Source: Planctomycetota bacterium (GTDB taxonomy: Bacteria; Planctomycetota; B15-G4). From it: a stretch of DNA of 64,000 nt. The stretch lies in NCBI GenBank assembly GCA_038212275.1, contig JBBQUR010000008.1, forward strand, positions 128,001-192,000, written 5' to 3'. Shown one piece after another: positions 13,755 to 22,391 of this stretch (positions within the stretch are counted from its first letter, which is position 1; every line of letters starts with the position of its first letter). The position numbers and the translations under genes are program-made. The notes under the pieces are model-generated. The model did not search any database. It was not told the DNA's origin and worked only from the letters and a program-made list of their open reading frames with translations.

Positions 13755-13833
13755 GTGACCACGCGGCAACCCATGCGCCGCAGTGTAGCGGGCGAAGGTG
13801 CAAGTTCGGCGCGTGCTGCGCGCCGTCAGGTCT

Positions 13834-14775
13834 TCAGTTGACGCCGACGCGGGCCGGGCCGCCGTTGTTTCCGTCGTCCGCGGGCGGCGCCGGCGGCGCG
13901 GCCTTCGCCGTGACCTTTGCGGGCGCAGGTTTGCGTGTCGGCGCGAGCACCACGGCCGGCAACTCCGGCTCGTCCGAGCTGGGCTGCATCGCGAAGACCG
14001 CGGCGAGGTCGAAAGGGCTGGCGGCCGGCGCCTGGGCCGGGTCCCATTTCAGCGCCTCGGGCAAGGCGACGGTTTCGGTCCCACCGTGACGGAGCGAGAC
14101 CTGCAGCACGAGGACACCCTCCGGGTTCCAGCAGACCCAGCTGCCGTCGGGGTGGCCGCCCTTGTAGCGGCCTTCGTCGGCGCGCGTGCCGTCGGCATAG
14201 AAGGCGGTGAAGCGGCCGTGCGGTTCGCCGGACTCGAAGACGCCGCGGACACGCACCTGGCCGTTCGGATGGAAGGCCTCGAAGTTCCCTTGGCGGCGGC
14301 CGTGCGCGTACGTGCCGACCCAGACGCGCTGGCCGTTGGCGTCCCATGCGGCGGCCTCGCCGTCGAGGATGCCGTCGCGCCAGGTGCTGCGCTCACGCAG
14401 CACGCCGTGCTCGTCCCAGAGCGACCACTGACCGACGCGCCGCCCCATCGCGTAGCGGCCCTCGCAGGCGGGCGCTCCGCCGGCGTGCCACTGCTGGAAC
14501 TCACCGTCAGGAACACCGCGCACGAAGCTGCTGCGGGACTGCGGCTTGCCGTCCGGATAGAAGGACTCGGTCAGGCCGTGCCGCTCGGGCACGCCGTCCT
14601 CGTCCAGCAAGCGTGCCGTGCGCGAGAGGAGTTGCTCGCTGTCGGGATAGAAGCGCTGCACGTCCTGCGACTCCGGCGGCGGCGCCGCGCACGACGCCAG
14701 GATCAGCGCGCACAGGGGAAGCAGCCGGAACGATCGTCCGGGAAGCTGGCGGGGCAGGCCGACGGGCAGGTGCAT
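13834..14775 (-). CDS. Lipoprotein with MORN-variant (YwqK-like) repeats
   Basis: Lipobox LASC. Repeated G.f..wh.nG....eG.y..G units; Pro/Ala-rich tail. Confidence 0.8.
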   Translation of the reverse strand: MHLPVGLPRQLPGRSFRLLPLCALILASCAAPPPESQDVQRFYPDSEQLLSRTARLLDEDGVPERHGLTESFYPDGKPQSRSSFVRGVPDGEFQQWHAGGAPACEGRYAMGRRVGQWSLWDEHGVLRERSTWRDGILDGEAAAWDANGQRVWVGTYAHGRRQGNFEAFHPNGQVRVRGVFESGEPHGRFTAFYADGTRADEGRYKGGHPDGSWVCWNPEGVLVLQVSLRHGGTETVALPEALKWDPAQAPAASPFDLAAVFAMQPSSDEPELPAVVLAPTRKPAPAKVTAKAAPPAPPADDGNNGGPARVGVN

Positions 14776-14882
14776 GGGTCTCTCCGGTCAAGGCGTCCCC
14801 GGATTCATCGGCAGCCGCTGCGGAGGACTTGTGGAAGCGGGGCTCACGCCCGTCGCGCGCGGCTTTTTTGTACCTTGCGCCC

Positions 14883-15596
14883 ATGCGCTGGCCCTTCACG
14901 CCCTTCGGCACCTCGACGCTGCTCGCCTGCATCACGGTCCTCGCGGGAATGTCCGCGGTCCTGTGGGTGAGCACGGGCAACGCGGCGGTCGCAGCTTCCC
15001 CCGCCCCCCTGCTGCTCTTCGTGCTGAACTTCTTCCGCGACCCCGAGCGGCACGCCGCGGGCGGCGAGCTGGACATGGTCTCCCCCGCCGACGGCCTCGT
15101 GAGCGACATCGTCCAGGTGGACGACCCCGCGCTCGGTCGGCCGTGCACCCGCGTCGGCATCTTCCTCAACGTCTTCGACGTGCACGTGAACCGCGTACCG
15201 TGCGCGGCCGAGGTGGTGCGCGTGGATCGTCGTGACGGCGGCTTCCTCGACGCACGCAACCCGCGCGCGAGCGAGGACAACCAGGCCGCGACGCTCGTGC
15301 TCCTGCGCCCCGACGGGCGCAGCCTCGCCGTGCGCCAGATCACCGGCCTCATCGCGCGCCGCATCATCTGCCCGTCGAAGCTCGGCCAGCGCTACGTGCG
15401 TGCCGAACGCTACGGCATGATCCGCTTCGGCTCGCGCACGGAGCTCATCCTGCCGCGCGAGGAGTGCGCCGCCGTGCTGGTGAAGGTGGGCGACCGCGTG
15501 CGCGGCGGCGAGACGCTGCTGGCCACGCTGCGGCCTGCTGCCGGCGCCGCCCGGCGTGCGACGGGCGACTCCGCTCGCGAGCCAGCTCCCCGGTGA
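14883..15596 (+). CDS. psd: Phosphatidylserine decarboxylase proenzyme
   Basis: FFRDPER, SPADG, IFLNVFDVHVNR, and the cleavage motif GMIRFGSR. Confidence 0.95.
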   Translation: MRWPFTPFGTSTLLACITVLAGMSAVLWVSTGNAAVAASPAPLLLFVLNFFRDPERHAAGGELDMVSPADGLVSDIVQVDDPALGRPCTRVGIFLNVFDVHVNRVPCAAEVVRVDRRDGGFLDARNPRASEDNQAATLVLLRPDGRSLAVRQITGLIARRIICPSKLGQRYVRAERYGMIRFGSRTELILPREECAAVLVKVGDRVRGGETLLATLRPAAGAARRATGDSAREPAPR

Positions 15597-16498
15597 ACAG
15601 CTCCCCGGTGAAGGCGCCCGCACGGCGGCCGCTGATCCCCGTCCTGCCCACCGCACTGACGCTGGGCAATCTCGTCTGCGGCTTCATCGCCATCGCCAAG
15701 ACCGTGGACGCGCTGCAGGGCGCCGCGCGCGACGGCAACGCGCTCGACCCGCTCTTCGCCGACAAGATCGTGCAGGCCTGCTGGTTCGTGCTGGCCGCGA
15801 TGGTCTTCGACGCGCTCGACGGCCGCGTCGCGCGGCTCATGAACCAGTCCTCGCCCTTCGGCTCGCAGCTCGACTCGCTCGCCGACATGGTGACCTTCGG
15901 CATGGCGCCGGCGCTGCTCGCCAAGGTGACCTACGAACACACGCTCAACCAGCTCGGCATCCCCTTCCACCACGGCATCGTGACGCTGCTGTGTTCGCTC
16001 TACATGATCGGTGCGGCGCTGCGCCTGGCGCGCTTCAACGTCACCACCACCGAGGACGCGGACAGTCACGACACCTTCCTGGGCCTGCCCTCGCCGGCCG
16101 CCGCCGCGATGGTGATCACGACCTGCTTCTTCATCTTCATCGGGCGCCACGAGGTGGGCCTGGACGATCACGTGGCCGACAAGCTGGCGATCTACCTGCT
16201 GCGCGGCCTGCCCGGCCTGGCCTGCGCGCTGGGGCTGCTCATGTTCTCGCGCGTGCGCTACGTGCACATCGCGCAGCGCTACATCAAGTCGCGCACGCGC
16301 TTCGGCACCTTCGCGTGGATGGTGCTCGTGGGCTGGATCGTGGTGCTCTTCCACGAGTGGCTGCTCTTCGCGGCCTCGCTGACCTACGTGCTCGGGGGCC
16401 TCGTCATCGGCCTCATCGCGCGCTCGCGCGGCCGCTCGCCGGTGGAGTCGCTGCCGGACCCATGGGACGCCGACGACGACGAGACCGGCGCGCCGTGA
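15593..16498 (+). CDS. pssA: CDP-diacylglycerol--serine O-phosphatidyltransferase
   Basis: LPTALTLGNL..GF, DALDGRVAR..FGSQLDSLAD (CDP-alcohol phosphotransferase motif), LRLARFN, FLGLPSPAAA. Confidence 0.93.
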   Translation: MNSSPVKAPARRPLIPVLPTALTLGNLVCGFIAIAKTVDALQGAARDGNALDPLFADKIVQACWFVLAAMVFDALDGRVARLMNQSSPFGSQLDSLADMVTFGMAPALLAKVTYEHTLNQLGIPFHHGIVTLLCSLYMIGAALRLARFNVTTTEDADSHDTFLGLPSPAAAAMVITTCFFIFIGRHEVGLDDHVADKLAIYLLRGLPGLACALGLLMFSRVRYVHIAQRYIKSRTRFGTFAWMVLVGWIVVLFHEWLLFAASLTYVLGGLVIGLIARSRGRSPVESLPDPWDADDDETGAP

Positions 16499-16977
16499 CG
16501 CTTGCGCTGGTGGCGCTCGGCAGCAACATCTCCCCGCGGCGCAGGACGCTGGCCGCCGGCGTCGCCGAGCTTGCGGCCCTGCCCGGCACGGCCGTGCTCG
16601 CCGTCTCGGAGCTGCGCGAAACCGATCCCGTGGAGTGCGCCGCCGGCGCGCCCGTTTTCGTGAACGGCGCCTGCCTGCTGGAGACGGAGCTGTCGCCGCG
16701 TGAGCTGCTCGACGCGCTGCTGGCCATCGAGCGCCGCCACGGCCGCGTGCGCGATGCGGCCGACGCGCGCCACGCACCGCGCACGCTCGATCTCGACCTC
16801 ATCCTGCACGGCTCCGCCGTGCTGGATGAACCCGGCCTCACGCTGCCCCACCCTCGTGCACACGAGCGCCTGTTCGTGCTGCAGCCGGCGGCGGAGATCG
16901 CTCCCGAGCTGATCCACCCGCTGCTCGGCGCGAGTCTGGCGCAGTTGCGCGACGGACTGAGCTCGTGCGGACGCTGA
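16495..16977 (+). CDS. folK: 2-amino-4-hydroxy-6-hydroxymethyldihydropteridine diphosphokinase
   Basis: VALGSN, FVNGA, PRTLDLDLI, LPHPRAHERLFVL. GTG overlaps the pssA stop. Confidence 0.95.
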   Translation: MTLALVALGSNISPRRRTLAAGVAELAALPGTAVLAVSELRETDPVECAAGAPVFVNGACLLETELSPRELLDALLAIERRHGRVRDAADARHAPRTLDLDLILHGSAVLDEPGLTLPHPRAHERLFVLQPAAEIAPELIHPLLGASLAQLRDGLSSCGR

Positions 16978-17834
16978 GGTCGGTCGACGAGGCAAGCCGC
17001 GCCTGCCGCGCGGCCGGGAGCACGGGGCGTCTCGGCTTCGTGCCAACCATGGGCGCGATCCACGCGGGACACACGTCGCTCGTGAAGCGCGCGCGCGCGG
17101 AGAACGACACGGTCGTGGTGTCGATCTTCGTGAATCCGCTGCAGTTCAACGACCCTGCCGACCTGGCCCGCTATCCGCGCACCCTGGAGGCCGACGCCGC
17201 CCTGCTTGCCGCCGCCGGAGCCGACCTGCTGGCAGTGCTCCCCGCGGATGAGATGTACCCGCCGGGCTTCGCGACGAGCGTGAGCCAGCCCGCCGCGCTC
17301 ACCGCGGTGTTCGAGGGCGCTGCGCGGCCCGGGCACTTCGACGGCGTGCTCACCGTGGTGGCCAAGCTCTTCGGAATCAGCGGCCCGTGCCGCGCATACT
17401 TCGGCCGCAAGGATTTCCAGCAGACCGTCGTGATCCGCCGCCTTGCGCAGGACCTCAACCTGCCCGTCGAGGTGGTCTGCTGCGACACGCTTCGGGACCC
17501 GGACGGCCTTGCGCTGTCCAGCCGCAACGTCTTCCTCGGGCCGGAGGATCGCGCGCGCGGGCTGTCGCTGGTAGCAGCGCTGTCCGCCGTGCATCGGGCT
17601 TTCGAAGCCGGCGAGCGCGACGTGACGGCGCTGCTCGCCGCCGGAGCTCCGGCGCTCGCGCGGCTGGCCGGCCCCCCCGACTACTACGCCATCGCCGATC
17701 CGGGCGATCTGACCGTGCGCGAAAAGGCCCGCGTCGGCGATGTCGTCCTGCTGGCGGCCCGGGCGGGCCCCGTGCGGCTGATCGACAACCACGTGCTCGG
17801 TGCTAAGCTGGGCCCCTTTTCGCCGGGGCCCTGA
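16965..17834 (+). CDS. panC: Pantoate--beta-alanine ligase
   Basis: GFVPTMGAIHAGH, SIFVNPLQF, RPGHFDGV, FGRKDFQQ, GLALSSRN, RLIDN. Confidence 0.97.
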   Translation: MRTLRSVDEASRACRAAGSTGRLGFVPTMGAIHAGHTSLVKRARAENDTVVVSIFVNPLQFNDPADLARYPRTLEADAALLAAAGADLLAVLPADEMYPPGFATSVSQPAALTAVFEGAARPGHFDGVLTVVAKLFGISGPCRAYFGRKDFQQTVVIRRLAQDLNLPVEVVCCDTLRDPDGLALSSRNVFLGPEDRARGLSLVAALSAVHRAFEAGERDVTALLAAGAPALARLAGPPDYYAIADPGDLTVREKARVGDVVLLAARAGPVRLIDNHVLGAKLGPFSPGP

Positions 17835-17835
17835 C

Positions 17836-18186
17836 ATGCAGCGCTTCATGCTCAAGAGCAAGCTTCACGGAGCCACCGTGACGCAGTGCAACCTGCACTA
17901 CATGGGCAGCCTCACCGTCGACAGCAACCTGCTCGAACTGGCCGACATGCGGCCCGACGAGAAGGTGCAGGTGGTCAACGTGAACACCGGGGGACGCTTC
18001 GAGACCTACCTCATCGCGGGCAAGGCCGGCAGCGGGATCATCGGCGTGAACGGCGGCGCCGCACGCATGGTCGCCGAGGGCGACAAGATCCTGATCATCA
18101 CCTACTGCATGCTCGACGACGCCGAAAGCGCGCACCACAAGCCGGTGGTCATCCTGCTCGACGGCGACAACCAGCCAACGCCATGA
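17836..18186 (+). CDS. panD: Aspartate 1-decarboxylase
   Basis: MLKSKLHGATVT, YMGSLTVD (pyruvoyl cleavage site), RFETY, NGGAAR. Confidence 0.97.
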   Translation: MQRFMLKSKLHGATVTQCNLHYMGSLTVDSNLLELADMRPDEKVQVVNVNTGGRFETYLIAGKAGSGIIGVNGGAARMVAEGDKILIITYCMLDDAESAHHKPVVILLDGDNQPTP

Positions 18187-19178
18187 GCGCACCCGGCGGC
18201 CCGGCCGCACCGGCCGGCCGCGACGACAAGCGCGACGCCGAGCGTGACGACAAGCGCGACGCCGAGCGTGCCCCTGGCCGCAACGGCGCGGGCGGCGACA
18301 TGCGGGGCGGCTGGCTGGCGCTGGAGGCGCCAGCCAAGATCAATCTCCTGCTGCGCGTGCTCGGGCGACGCACGGACGGCTATCACGAGCTGGTCACCGT
18401 GCTGCAGACCGTGGACCTCTGTGACAGTGTCCGCCTGCGGCTGCGGACGCGCCGGCGCGGTGCGGCGCCCGGCGCCCCGGACGTCTCCCTCTCGGTGAGT
18501 CCCGAGGCGCACGACGTGCCCTCCGGCCCCGACAACCTCGTCGTGCGCGCGGCGCAGGCGCTGCTGGCCGAGGCGGGCGCGTCCGGCGACGTCGGCCTGG
18601 ACATCGAGCTGGTCAAGCGCATCCCCGCCGGAGGCGGCCTCGGCGGCGGCAGCTCGGATGCCGCCACCACGCTCGCCGGGCTGAATCGGCTGCTCGGGGC
18701 GCCGCTCGAGTCCTCGCGCCTCACGGCGGCCGCCGCCGCGCTGGGCAGCGACGTGCCCTTCTTCCTGCACGGCGGCACAGCCCTCTGCACGGGGCGAGGC
18801 GACGTCGTGAAACCCATCGAGCCGCCCGCTCCCTTCCGGCTCGTGCTGTGCGTGCCCCCGTACGGGGCGCGCACGCCGGCCGTCTACGCCGCGCTCGGCG
18901 CGGGACCGGTGCAGGCACTGCGCCCCGATGCGTTGGCGCGACTGGCGAACGACTTCGCAGGCGCCGACGAACCGCGCCTGCACGCGCTCTTCCACAACGA
19001 CCTCCAGGCGGCCGCGGAGGCCGTGCAACCTGAGCTGCGAGCACTGCTCGCGATCCCCGGCATGCATCTCTCGGGAAGCGGGAGCACCGTCTTCACGTTC
19101 GGTGCTGAAGTGGATCAGCCGACAGGTGCATGTCGAACGATGTTGATATGTTCACGCGCAGCCATGAGAAATGCGTGA
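18183..19178 (+). CDS. ispE: 4-diphosphocytidyl-2-C-methyl-D-erythritol kinase
   Basis: APAKINLLL, DGYHEL, KRIPAGGGLGGGSSDAA, LGSDVPFF, SGSGSTVF. Start could instead be ATG 18300. Confidence 0.95.
   Translation: MSAPGGPAAPAGRDDKRDAERDDKRDAERAPGRNGAGGDMRGGWLALEAPAKINLLLRVLGRRTDGYHELVTVLQTVDLCDSVRLRLRTRRRGAAPGAPDVSLSVSPEAHDVPSGPDNLVVRAAQALLAEAGASGDVGLDIELVKRIPAGGGLGGGSSDAATTLAGLNRLLGAPLESSRLTAAAAALGSDVPFFLHGGTALCTGRGDVVKPIEPPAPFRLVLCVPPYGARTPAVYAALGAGPVQALRPDALARLANDFAGADEPRLHALFHNDLQAAAEAVQPELRALLAIPGMHLSGSGSTVFTFGAEVDQPTGACRTMLICSRAAMRNA
18221..18269 (+). repeat. 24-bp tandem duplication in the ispE 5' extension
   Basis: (c/t)gacgacaagcgcgacgccgagcg twice, encoding DDKRDAER twice. Confidence 0.85.
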
Positions 19179-19246
19179 CGAGATTTCCAGCGCCTCTGCA
19201 TATCCTGTGCGCCTTCGGGTCTTTGTGGCAGTTCCGGGAGGGGTGC

Positions 19247-19783
19247 GTGGAGATCAGCGAAATCCGTGTGAAGCTGGTGGACCAGGCGCAGGAACGCCTG
19301 AAGGCCTTCTGTACGGTGACGATCAATCGCGAGTTCGTGATTCGCGACGTGAAGGTCATCGAGGGGCCGCGCGGGCCTTTTGTCGCCATGCCGAGCCGCA
19401 AGGTGATGGACCGCTGTCCGAATTGCGGCGGCAAGAATCATCTACGCGCCAATCATTGCAACGACTGCGGCCGACCACTGCTCGCCGATCGTGCGCCGCG
19501 CGATGATCGCGGCCGTGCACGACTGCATATCGACGTCGCGCACCCGATCAACCAGGAATGCCGCAGCTTCATCGAGAGCCGGATCCTGAACGCCTACCAG
19601 GCGGAACTGGAGCGCTCGCGCGATCCGAACTACGTCGCGCCCGAGATTCCCGACGACGATGACTACATCTTCGACCACGACCCGTTCTTCGCTCCCGCGC
19701 ACGGCAACGGCTCGCCGAACGGAGATCGCGCCGTTCAGGAGCGCCACAATTCCGGGCACGACGGCATCAACCATCAGAGCTGA
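19247..19783 (+). CDS. spoVG: SpoVG family nucleic-acid-binding protein with zinc-ribbon insertion
   Basis: GGGAGG RBS with GTG start. ISEIRVKL, LKAFCTVTI..FVIRDVKVIEG..FVAMPSRK, inserted CPNC..CNDC, DVAHPIN. Confidence 0.92.
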   Translation: MEISEIRVKLVDQAQERLKAFCTVTINREFVIRDVKVIEGPRGPFVAMPSRKVMDRCPNCGGKNHLRANHCNDCGRPLLADRAPRDDRGRARLHIDVAHPINQECRSFIESRILNAYQAELERSRDPNYVAPEIPDDDDYIFDHDPFFAPAHGNGSPNGDRAVQERHNSGHDGINHQS

Positions 19784-19784
19784 C

Positions 19785-20711
19785 GTGCAGCTGCCGCGCC
19801 TGTGCATCGCGGGCGCCGGAGCTGCCGGCACCGCACTGGCGCGCGCTCTGGGCCAGTCCGGCTGGCCGCTGGGAGAGATGGCCTGCCGCACGGAGACGCG
19901 CGCGCAGGAACGCTGCGCGCTCATCGGCGGCGGAACGCCCGTCACGCTGGAACACCTCGCGGCGGCCGGCTCGGCGAGCCACGCGACGGACGCGCCGGTG
20001 CTGCTGATCCTCGGCGTGCCGGACCGGCTCATCGCACGGACGGCGACCGACCTGGCCCGCCGCAGCTGGCCCGCAGACTCCGCGGCGCTGCACCTCTCGG
20101 GCTCGGTGGAGATCGAGGCCCTCGCGCCGCTGCGCGCGGCGGGCCTGGCCGTGGGCGGGCTGCACCCGCTGCACAGTTTCGTCCATCCGGAGCAGGACAG
20201 CCGCTCGCTGGCAGGCAGCGTGGCGGCGCTCGAAGGTGACGCGGCGGCGCTCGCGCTCGGCGAGCTCATCGCGGAGCGACTGGGGATGCGCGCCTTCCGG
20301 CTCGCGCCGGGCGCGCGCCCCGCGTGGCATGCGGCGGCAAGCCATGCCTGCAATCATCTCGTGGCGCTTCTCGATCAGGCGCTCGACCTCATGCAGTCCG
20401 CCGGCCTGCCGCGCGACGAGGCCCGCGCCGCGCTGCTCCCGCTGATGTCCGGCACGCTGGATCATCTCGAGCGACACGCGCCCGCGCAGGCGCTCACCGG
20501 CCCCATCGTCCGCGGCGACGCGTCCGTCGTGGAGCGCCACCTGCGCGCGCTCTCCGGCGTCGCGCCGGACATCGGCGCGGCCTACGTCGCACTGGCGCTC
20601 CGCGCCCTGCACCTGGCGACTTCGGAACGCGGCCTCGACCCGCACGCGGCCGCCGCGCTGCGGGCCGCGCTGGACGCAGCCGGCCCCTCCGGTCCGGGTG
20701 ACGCCGCGTGA
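19785..20711 (+). CDS. Rossmann-like + DUF2520 oxidoreductase (PanG-type ketopantoate reductase candidate)
   Basis: IAGAGAAG, VPD, HLSGS, LHPLHSF, WHAAASHACNHLV, ALTGPIVRGD..VERHL. Confidence 0.88.
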   Translation: MQLPRLCIAGAGAAGTALARALGQSGWPLGEMACRTETRAQERCALIGGGTPVTLEHLAAAGSASHATDAPVLLILGVPDRLIARTATDLARRSWPADSAALHLSGSVEIEALAPLRAAGLAVGGLHPLHSFVHPEQDSRSLAGSVAALEGDAAALALGELIAERLGMRAFRLAPGARPAWHAAASHACNHLVALLDQALDLMQSAGLPRDEARAALLPLMSGTLDHLERHAPAQALTGPIVRGDASVVERHLRALSGVAPDIGAAYVALALRALHLATSERGLDPHAAAALRAALDAAGPSGPGDAA

Positions 20712-22195
20712 GCGCGCAACTCGTCGCCACGCTCATGCCGCGCACGCCCGCCGAGGCGGCGGCCACGCTGAGATCTCCACCTCCGGGCGCCGACTTCCTG
20801 GAACTGCGCCTCGATGCGCTCGAGGAGCCGACGCCGGCCGCCGTGACGGCGCTGCTCGCGCTGCCGCGCAGCATCGCGGTCATCGCCACGTGCCGCGCTG
20901 GCGGCCACGTCGCCGCGGACAGCCAGCGCCTCGCGCTGCTCGCGCAGGCCGGCGAGGCCGGCGCCGATGTCCTGGACGTGGACGACACGCTGCTGCCCCA
21001 GCTGCCCGACAGCGTCCCGGGCGAACGCCTCGCGAGCTGCCACGTCACGCACTTCGCGCCGCGGCTCATCAGCCTCGCCCGGCGCATCGCGAGCCAGGGC
21101 ACGCGCCTCTGCAAGCTCGCCGTGCCGGCGGGCAGTCCGCGCCAGCTCGTCGAGTTGCTCGCCCTGCAGGAGCAGCTCGGGCCCGGCTTCGCCATCGTGC
21201 CCACCGGCCGGCTGGCGGAGACGGGCCGCGTGTTCATCGCCGGGCGCGGCGCCGCACTCTCCTACGGCGCGATCGACCTGGAGCGGCGCGGCCACCCCGA
21301 CCAGCCCGGCGTCACGCGCCTGCACGAGATCTTCGGCATCGGCACGGTGGGTCCGTCGACGCGCTTCTTCGCCGTCGTCGCGAATCCCGTCGCGCACAGT
21401 CTTTCACCCGCTTTTCACAATGCGGTCTACCACGGCGTGGGGCAGGACAGCCGCATGGTGACGCTCGACGTGGACCGGCTGTCCGACGTGCTGCAGTGTG
21501 CCGACGCGTTGCGCCTCGATGGACTCGCGATCAGCCACCCCTTCAAGCGGGAGGCGCTTACGCTGGCGACATCCGCGCTGCCGGGCGCGCAGGCGACGGG
21601 GGCGGCGAACACGCTGCTGCGCACGCGCAGCCCGGCCGGCTGGCAGGCGCGCAACACGGACTGGAAGGCTTCCTGCGACCTCTTTCCGCGGCTGCTCAAG
21701 TCCTGGCGGCGTGCGCACGCCGGGCAGGCGCCGCGCGTGCTGCTGCTCGGATCAGGCGGCGCGGCGCGTGCGGTGGCGGTGGCGCTGGTGGATCAGGACA
21801 TCGAGCTGGCCATCTGGTCGCGGCGGCTTTCCAACGCACGCGAGCTCTGCGCGGCGCTCGAAAACACGCTGCCGGCCACCGCGGTGCCCGATCCGGACCA
21901 CTTTCCCGCGGACGTGATCGTCAATGCGACGCCTGTCGGCATGCCGGGCAGCGAGCCGGACGAGTTGCGCCTCGGTGCAGCAAACTTCAGGTCCGGTGCG
22001 CTGGCTGTCGATCTGGCCTATGGAGCGGCCTCGTCGCCTTTCCGAAGCGCCGCCGCGGAGGCGCATGCTCAACTGACCAGCGGGGAGGATTTCTTCTGCT
22101 TGCAGGCGCGCCGACAAGCCGAACTCTTCACCGGAGCGCCAGTGCCGGAGAGCGTGCGCGAGCTGGCAGCTCGTCGCTGCGGCCTGACTCGCTGA
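20708..22195 (+). CDS. aroDE: Bifunctional type I 3-dehydroquinate dehydratase / shikimate dehydrogenase
   Basis: N-terminal ELRLD, IATCR, SCH, KLAV; C-terminal HSLSP, HPFK, GAANT, NTD, LGSGGAAR, VNATPVGM, DLAY. Confidence 0.92.
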   Translation: MSAQLVATLMPRTPAEAAATLRSPPPGADFLELRLDALEEPTPAAVTALLALPRSIAVIATCRAGGHVAADSQRLALLAQAGEAGADVLDVDDTLLPQLPDSVPGERLASCHVTHFAPRLISLARRIASQGTRLCKLAVPAGSPRQLVELLALQEQLGPGFAIVPTGRLAETGRVFIAGRGAALSYGAIDLERRGHPDQPGVTRLHEIFGIGTVGPSTRFFAVVANPVAHSLSPAFHNAVYHGVGQDSRMVTLDVDRLSDVLQCADALRLDGLAISHPFKREALTLATSALPGAQATGAANTLLRTRSPAGWQARNTDWKASCDLFPRLLKSWRRAHAGQAPRVLLLGSGGAARAVAVALVDQDIELAIWSRRLSNARELCAALENTLPATAVPDPDHFPADVIVNATPVGMPGSEPDELRLGAANFRSGALAVDLAYGAASSPFRSAAAEAHAQLTSGEDFFCLQARRQAELFTGAPVPESVRELAARRCGLTR

Positions 22196-22391
22196 GCGCG
22201 CTTTCCAACCGAGCAGGTCATCCGCATCGAGCAGGGCGTGCAGGACACGCAGGGCTCATCGGGTGCGCGCCGGGAGAATGCAAGGGTCCCGGCCCGAAGC
22301 GATGGGCTAAGATGCCCCCGCCCGTCGCCGATCCCCACCATGGCGACGCTCCCGCGAGGCTCCCTCGCCGTCACCACCCGGACTGAACACC

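Noticed and set aside
13834..14775. Toxin-antitoxin system suggested by YwqK-like repeats
   Set aside because: It is a generic MORN-variant repeat lipoprotein with no adjacent toxin gene.
19783..19800. tRNA gene after spoVG, as in some ispE-spoVG loci
   Set aside because: The next CDS begins 1 nt after the stop. I saw no cloverleaf or T-loop motif in a tRNA context here or in other intergenic gaps.
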